NCBI GenBank assembly: GCA_965655315.1
Contig: CBFHGJ010000002.1
Location: 68,385-132,384 of the forward strand
Source: Bacteroidia bacterium
GTDB lineage: Bacteria > Bacteroidota > Bacteroidia > NS11-12g > UBA9320
Length of the DNA stretch: 64,000 nt
Direction: 5' to 3'
Shown: positions 59,026 to 64,000 of the stretch, piece by piece
Layout: each line of letters begins with the position of its first letter
How positions within the stretch are numbered: the stretch's first letter is position 1
Position numbers and translations under genes: made by a program
Notes under the pieces: generated by a model
What the model saw: the letters and a program-made list of their open reading frames with translations, nothing else
Told to the model about the DNA's origin: nothing
The model's database searches: none

Positions 59026-61332
59026 ATGCCTACTCAAAAAATTGAAATTGAAAATTTCGACTTTACTGGTCTTATCTTAAAAGAACCAAAAGAAAAAGCT
59101 GTAGGTGTTCCTGCTATTATTTCCTCAGTGAAACAAATGGCAAAGTATATGGACCCTATCGATGCTTTTAAGCTTAGTCTAAAAATCAATCAGAAAGGTG
59201 GCTTCGATTGTCCTGGATGTGCTTGGCCTGACCCAGACGATGATCGTTCGGCATTGGGTGAGTATTGTGAAAATGGGATAAAGGCAATAGCGGAAGAAGC
59301 CACTAGAAAAGCAATTACGGCTGATTTTTTTAGAAATAATTCTGTTGCTGAAATTTCTCAAATGTCTGATTTTCAGATAGGCAAACTAGGTAGACTGGCT
59401 GCACCAATGGTTTTGAGAGCTGGATCTACCCATTACGAACTAATATCTTGGGAAGAATCCTTCAGACTTATAGGAGAAGAGCTGAACAGTTTAAAATCGC
59501 CTAATGAAGCATTGTTTTATACCAGTGGCAGAACTAGCAATGAAGCAGCATATCTCTATCAATTATTTGTAAGAGCATATGGCACTAACAATCTGCCAGA
59601 CTGCTCTAATATGTGCCACGAAAGTAGCGGTGTTGCCCTTAGCCATACCGTAGGTATAGGTAAAGGTTCTGTGACTTTGAGCGATTTACACGAGGCGGAA
59701 GTCATTATGATCATGGGGCAAAACCCTGGGACCAACCATCCAAGGATGCTTGGAGCATTGGAAAAGTGTAAAGAAAATGGAGGCAAGATTATAACAGTCA
59801 ATCCGCTACCTGAGGCAGGATTATTAAACTTCATTGACCCTCAATCTCCTAAACGTATTGTCCAAGGTGGAGTATCCCTTACGGACATTTTTGTACCTGT
59901 AAAAGTGAACGGAGATGTAGCATTTTTGAAAGCAGTGATGCTCAAACTAGCAGCCAAAGAAGAAGAGAATCCTGGTTCTGTATTCGATTGGAATTTTATT
60001 GAAAACTACACCGATGGATTTGATGAGTTTTTAGCTGATCTCAAGTCTTCAAATTTGAAAGAGTGTATAGATAACTCTGGAGTGGAAGAATCTACAATAG
60101 ACCAAGTAGCAGCCATGATGGCTAAAAATGAAAAAATTATCATTTGCTGGGCAATGGGACTGACACAGCAAAAAAATGGAGTAGGTAATATTCAAGAAGT
60201 TGTAAATCTACTCCTAATGCGAGGAGCCATAGGAAAACCGGGGGCCGGAACTTGCCCCGTTCGTGGTCATTCCAATGTGCAAGGTGATAGAACCATGGGA
60301 ATATGGGAGGCTCCAAAAGAACCATTTCTAAATAGTCTAGATAAAGAACACCATATCGAATCTCCGCGTGAACATGGACATCACGTCGTCAGTGCTATTG
60401 AGGCCATGCACAAGGAAGAATGCAAAGTCTTCTTTGCAATGGGAGGCAATTTCTTGAGTGCAACACCAGACACCTTGTATACAGCAGAAGCGTTACAGAA
60501 ATGTACGTTGACCGCACACGTTAGCACAAAATTGAATAGATCTCATCTCGTCACAGGAAAGCAAGCACTTATTTTACCATGTCTAGGGCGTACGGATAAA
60601 GATATGCAAGCTAGCGGTGATCAGTTTGTGAGTTGTGAAAATAGTATGGGAGTGGTACAGAGTTCTCAAGGCATTCTCAATCCTCCAAGTAAACACCTAC
60701 TGAGCGAACCTGCTATAGTTGCAGGTTTGGCTAAGGCAACATTAAAAAACACAAAGATCGACTGGGATAGTATGGTTGCCAATTATGACAATATTAGAAA
60801 TGCCATTCAAGCTGTAATTCCTGGATTTGAACAATACAATGAGCGGGTACGAAAATCAGGCGGATTCTACCTTCCAAATGGAGCTAGAGAACGTCAGTTT
60901 AATACGGCGAATGGTAAAGCTCTATTCACCGTGAATGATGTTCCAAAACATGAGCTTAAACCAGATGAATATATTATGATGACTATGCGTAGTCACGATC
61001 AGTACAACACAACCCTTTATGGCCTGGATGACAGATATAGAGGCATATATAATGAACGAAGAGTGGTCATGATGAATCAATCAGATATGGACGACCGAGG
61101 TTGGAAGACAAAACAAGAAGTGCATTTGTACTCCGAATTTAATGGTGTAAAACGTGAAGCTAGAAAGTTTCTCGTAGTACCCTACCCTATTCCAAAAGGA
61201 AATATAGCTACTTATTTTCCTGAAGCAAATCCACTAGTGCCCATAGATTCTTTTGCCGACAAGAGTCATACTCCAACAAGCAAACTCGTAAAGGTCACTA
61301 TAGAGACAAACCAACTAATCTTAACTAAATGA
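59026..61332 (+). CDS. FdhF/YdeP-family molybdopterin oxidoreductase
   Basis: GFDCPGCAWPD, YTSGRTSNEA, NNLPDCSNMCHE, RGHSNVQG, RSHDQYNTT. Confidence 0.95.
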   Translation: MPTQKIEIENFDFTGLILKEPKEKAVGVPAIISSVKQMAKYMDPIDAFKLSLKINQKGGFDCPGCAWPDPDDDRSALGEYCENGIKAIAEEATRKAITADFFRNNSVAEISQMSDFQIGKLGRLAAPMVLRAGSTHYELISWEESFRLIGEELNSLKSPNEALFYTSGRTSNEAAYLYQLFVRAYGTNNLPDCSNMCHESSGVALSHTVGIGKGSVTLSDLHEAEVIMIMGQNPGTNHPRMLGALEKCKENGGKIITVNPLPEAGLLNFIDPQSPKRIVQGGVSLTDIFVPVKVNGDVAFLKAVMLKLAAKEEENPGSVFDWNFIENYTDGFDEFLADLKSSNLKECIDNSGVEESTIDQVAAMMAKNEKIIICWAMGLTQQKNGVGNIQEVVNLLLMRGAIGKPGAGTCPVRGHSNVQGDRTMGIWEAPKEPFLNSLDKEHHIESPREHGHHVVSAIEAMHKEECKVFFAMGGNFLSATPDTLYTAEALQKCTLTAHVSTKLNRSHLVTGKQALILPCLGRTDKDMQASGDQFVSCENSMGVVQSSQGILNPPSKHLLSEPAIVAGLAKATLKNTKIDWDSMVANYDNIRNAIQAVIPGFEQYNERVRKSGGFYLPNGARERQFNTANGKALFTVNDVPKHELKPDEYIMMTMRSHDQYNTTLYGLDDRYRGIYNERRVVMMNQSDMDDRGWKTKQEVHLYSEFNGVKREARKFLVVPYPIPKGNIATYFPEANPLVPIDSFADKSHTPTSKLVKVTIETNQLILTK

Positions 61333-62697
61333 AAATTAATAAAATACTTGTTACACCCACCCTAGTAGGGACGATGCTAATTGCATCTGCTTAATACGAT
61401 ATCCCTATCACTCTTTCGGGACACATCACCAATCCAAACTCAGACACCTTAATCATCCTTAATGGCTGGGAAGAACAATTTCACGTGACCAGTCTAGATA
61501 AAAATAGAGATTTTGAATATGAATTTGAAATAGAGCAAGGGTACTACAGCCTTTGTGACAAAAAAGAACAAACTACCATCTACCTGGGCGAAGACTACCA
61601 CTTGAACTTAACCTTAGATACAGACTCATTTGATGAATCTATACACTACACAGGCTATGGGGCTGAAGCGAATAATTATCTAGCTGCAAAAGCTCTGATC
61701 AGAGAAAAGTGGGAACTGAAAAACTACTACGGTTATTTCTGCAAACTATCAGAAACTGACTTTCTACATCTCACAGATTCATTATATAGTGCGAGTATGA
61801 ATCTCTTATTAGAATCAAATGTCAAAGATGAAAGATTTTTAAAACTAGAGAAAACAGTATCGAGAATGAACGAATCAGAAAGATTGATATGTATCCAGAG
61901 ACTTACAACTACTTTACAGGAAAATCCCGATACTTTCTGAGACATTTCCAAACCCTTATAAAAACTTCCCTGTAAATGACGCCTCACTTATAGATGCTCC
62001 CGGCTTTTTATCAGCTGTCGTAGGTTTAACTTCTTTTGAAAGGGATTCATCTGAATACAAAAAAGCAGGAGACTATACACTTTATGTACTACAAAGTTTA
62101 AATCAGAAAGTAACCAACAACAAGGTAAGAGTAGAAGCCATGCACTATTTCTGTAATTCATATCTTACTGGATCCAGAAAGATAGATGAATGTTTCAGCC
62201 TCTACCAAGCAATAGAAACAGACCCAAGTCGCCTCAAGCTTATAAATGACAAGTACCTCGCACGCAAAAAAACAAAGGAGGGGGCAACCTCTCCTCCCTT
62301 CGCCTATGAAACAATGGAAGGCGATATTGTGACGAACGAAGACCTAAAAGGTAAGCTACTCTACATCGATCTTTGGGCAACTTGGTGTGGACCATGTCTT
62401 CGTGAAATACCTTATTTTGACACATTGCAAGAGGCTGTCAAAAATCAAGAAATCACTTTTTTGAGTGTTTACCAAAACGACACCAAAGAGAGATGGCAAA
62501 AAATGGTAAAAACAAAGGAACTTAAAGGTTTACATCTCTATGCTGAAGGAGATGGAGGACAGTTTTACAAAGACTACCAGGTTGATGGAATCCCACGTTA
62601 CATCCTATTAGATGCAGAAGGAAAAATCATAGACTCCGATGCCAAAAGACCTTCTAATCCATTGCTAAAAGCTGAACTAGCCGAACTTTTAAAATAG
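61329..62697 (+). pseudogene. TlpA-family thiol-disulfide oxidoreductase with several lesions
   Basis: Signal peptide from ATG 61329 followed by TAA at 61392; frame changes at about 61888 and 61925; intact C-domain WATWCGPC, IPRYIL. Confidence 0.82.
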
Positions 62698-62719
62698 AAT
62701 CTTTAACTTAGTGCCGATT

Positions 62720-62905
62720 ATGGGTAAACAAAAGAAAAGCCTCAGAGCAAATAGGAAGAGAAACAGTTACCTTATTGGTATATTTATGGGGGTGCTAATG
62801 GGTTTAGTCTTCGGCTATGCCACAGATAGTCTTATCGTTAGTGTTATTGTTTGTGGTTTACTAGGATATGGTCTAGGTCATTTGATATATAAAACGATCA
62901 ACTAG
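62720..62905 (+). CDS. Small two-TM hypothetical protein
   Basis: Basic N-terminus followed by two Gly-rich hydrophobic helices. Confidence 0.55.
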   Translation: MGKQKKSLRANRKRNSYLIGIFMGVLMGLVFGYATDSLIVSVIVCGLLGYGLGHLIYKTIN

Positions 62906-62907
62906 AA

Positions 62908-63504
62908 GTGTCAAACGCGTTAGTCGGCGTAGTACTCATGGGCGGCCAAAGCACGCGTATGGGTTCAGATAAATCTCAACTCGAAGTCAGTTCTAGTGTC
63001 CCGAGTGATCGAGATGTATCGAGAACAACCTTTGCCCAACTAGCACGCACTAAACTCAAATGTTATGTAGACGAAGTCTACTTCTCTATCAACAAAGACC
63101 AACAAAACCTCGACTTAGAAAATACAATCCTTGATGAGTATGAAAACGAGGGACCACTTTCTGGAATTATCTCCGCACTACGAGCTACACAAGCATCTAT
63201 TTTAGTCTTAGGAGTGGATATGCCTTTGGTCAAAAAACAGACGATTAAAAATCTAATCAAACACAGGAACTGGGATCTACTTACTACAACCTACTATGAC
63301 GACAAGAATGCTAAATGGGAACCTATGCTCAGTATTTGGGAAATAGAAACCCTTCCTGCTTTGGAGAAATACTTTGATGCAGGTGGCCGATCTATTCAAA
63401 ACTTCCTAAATCAATTTGGAAATCAGCGAGTACAAATAGATAATCCAGAAGAATTCAAGAATGTGAATACCATGGAGGAGTATCAAGCCTTGATTACAAA
63501 TTAG
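62908..63504 (+). CDS. mobA: Molybdenum cofactor guanylyltransferase
   Basis: LMGGQSTRMGSDK, GPLSGI..AL, DMP, EP, NVNT.EE; lies next to fdhD and FdhF/YdeP. Confidence 0.88.
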   Translation: MSNALVGVVLMGGQSTRMGSDKSQLEVSSSVPSDRDVSRTTFAQLARTKLKCYVDEVYFSINKDQQNLDLENTILDEYENEGPLSGIISALRATQASILVLGVDMPLVKKQTIKNLIKHRNWDLLTTTYYDDKNAKWEPMLSIWEIETLPALEKYFDAGGRSIQNFLNQFGNQRVQIDNPEEFKNVNTMEEYQALITN

Positions 63505-63623
63505 TATATTTGGCTAGGCTCAACACTTTGCCTATAGTTATTACTTTCAAGTGCTTAATGTGCGACAAACTATGAGAGATTTAAGTGCCAAAAAAATGTT
63601 AACCCTTATTTAATAATAAAAAA

Positions 63624-64000
63624 ATGGTTCCAATTCTTAAAAAGATTCGAAAGAAATTAGCGAGAGATTACGAGCCTATAAAGTATATCCGATATGCAGT
63701 TGGCGAAATTCTTTTAGTCGTAGTCGGTATTCTTATTGCATTACAAATTAATAATTGGAATGAAAGCAGAAAACAGAAACAAAAATTAAATACAATTTTG
63801 CAAGTAGTAAAGGAAAACTTGGCCAGCAACCTTGTCGAAATCGACACTTTCATGAAAGTATTTAATGGAGATATTAATAAGCCATTTGAAATCTATTTAA
63901 CCAAAGAATTTACAATTGAAAACTATAAAACCGCCCCATTTAACTGTATGATTGAAGGATATGATGACTTTATAATTAATCAACAAGGTTTTAATCTACT
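63624..64000 (+). CDS. DUF6090-like protein (partial, runs off window end)
   Basis: Manual translation: MVPILKKIRKKL...KYIRYAVGEILLVVVGILIALQINNWNE. Confidence 0.8.
   Translation, partial: MVPILKKIRKKLARDYEPIKYIRYAVGEILLVVVGILIALQINNWNESRKQKQKLNTILQVVKENLASNLVEIDTFMKVFNGDINKPFEIYLTKEFTIENYKTAPFNCMIEGYDDFIINQQGFNL

Noticed and set aside
12947-61394. Stop-codon reassignment or selenocysteine explaining in-frame stops
   Set aside because: Stops are a mix of TAA, TAG and TGA, co-occur with frameshifts, and all three terminate intact genes; FdhF/YdeP has Cys with no internal TGA
57841-63504. fdhD-FdhF/YdeP-mobA cluster as a novel system
   Set aside because: A familiar molybdoenzyme maturation neighbourhood
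63505-63623. About 110-nt leader after a TATATTTG box as riboswitch or cassette repeat
   Set aside because: Only a weak wobble stem (GTGCTTAA/TTAAGTGC); no recognisable aptamer or attC ends. A covariance search would be needed

Overview
AT-rich chromosomal segment of a Bacteroidota genome. This assignment rests on T9SS C-terminal sorting domains, TAnnTTTG -7 promoter boxes and typical Bacteroidota gene neighbourhoods. About 62 CDS/pseudogenes are present; I found no rRNA, tRNA, CRISPR array, transposase or prophage. Housekeeping genes (coaX, birA, rsfS, proS, accC, aspS, rdgB, rarA, queD, hldD, fdhD, FdhF/YdeP, mobA) are intact. About ten accessory genes carry frameshifts or nonsense codons, several with more than one lesion, which points to real ongoing pseudogenisation. 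The best candidate for an undescribed system is a four-gene operon: VTC-domain polyphosphate-polymerase-like enzyme, DUF4956 inner-membrane protein, DUF2490 outer-membrane barrel and a CotH-like kinase lipoprotein. It reads like a trans-envelope polyphosphate synthesis/export/phosphotransfer machine, although cotH is truncated here next to an attC-like hairpin. Other notable items: a TonB receptor paired with a T9SS-secreted esterase-fold protein lacking its catalytic Ser; a lipoprotein with Gly/Trp/Asn-rich and R[ST]Y[ST]P-repeat regions; a 6x37-aa Cys-repeat lipoprotein; a TetR double operator; and a palindromic in-frame insertion in mobA. Family names are recognised from motifs by eye; no searches were run.
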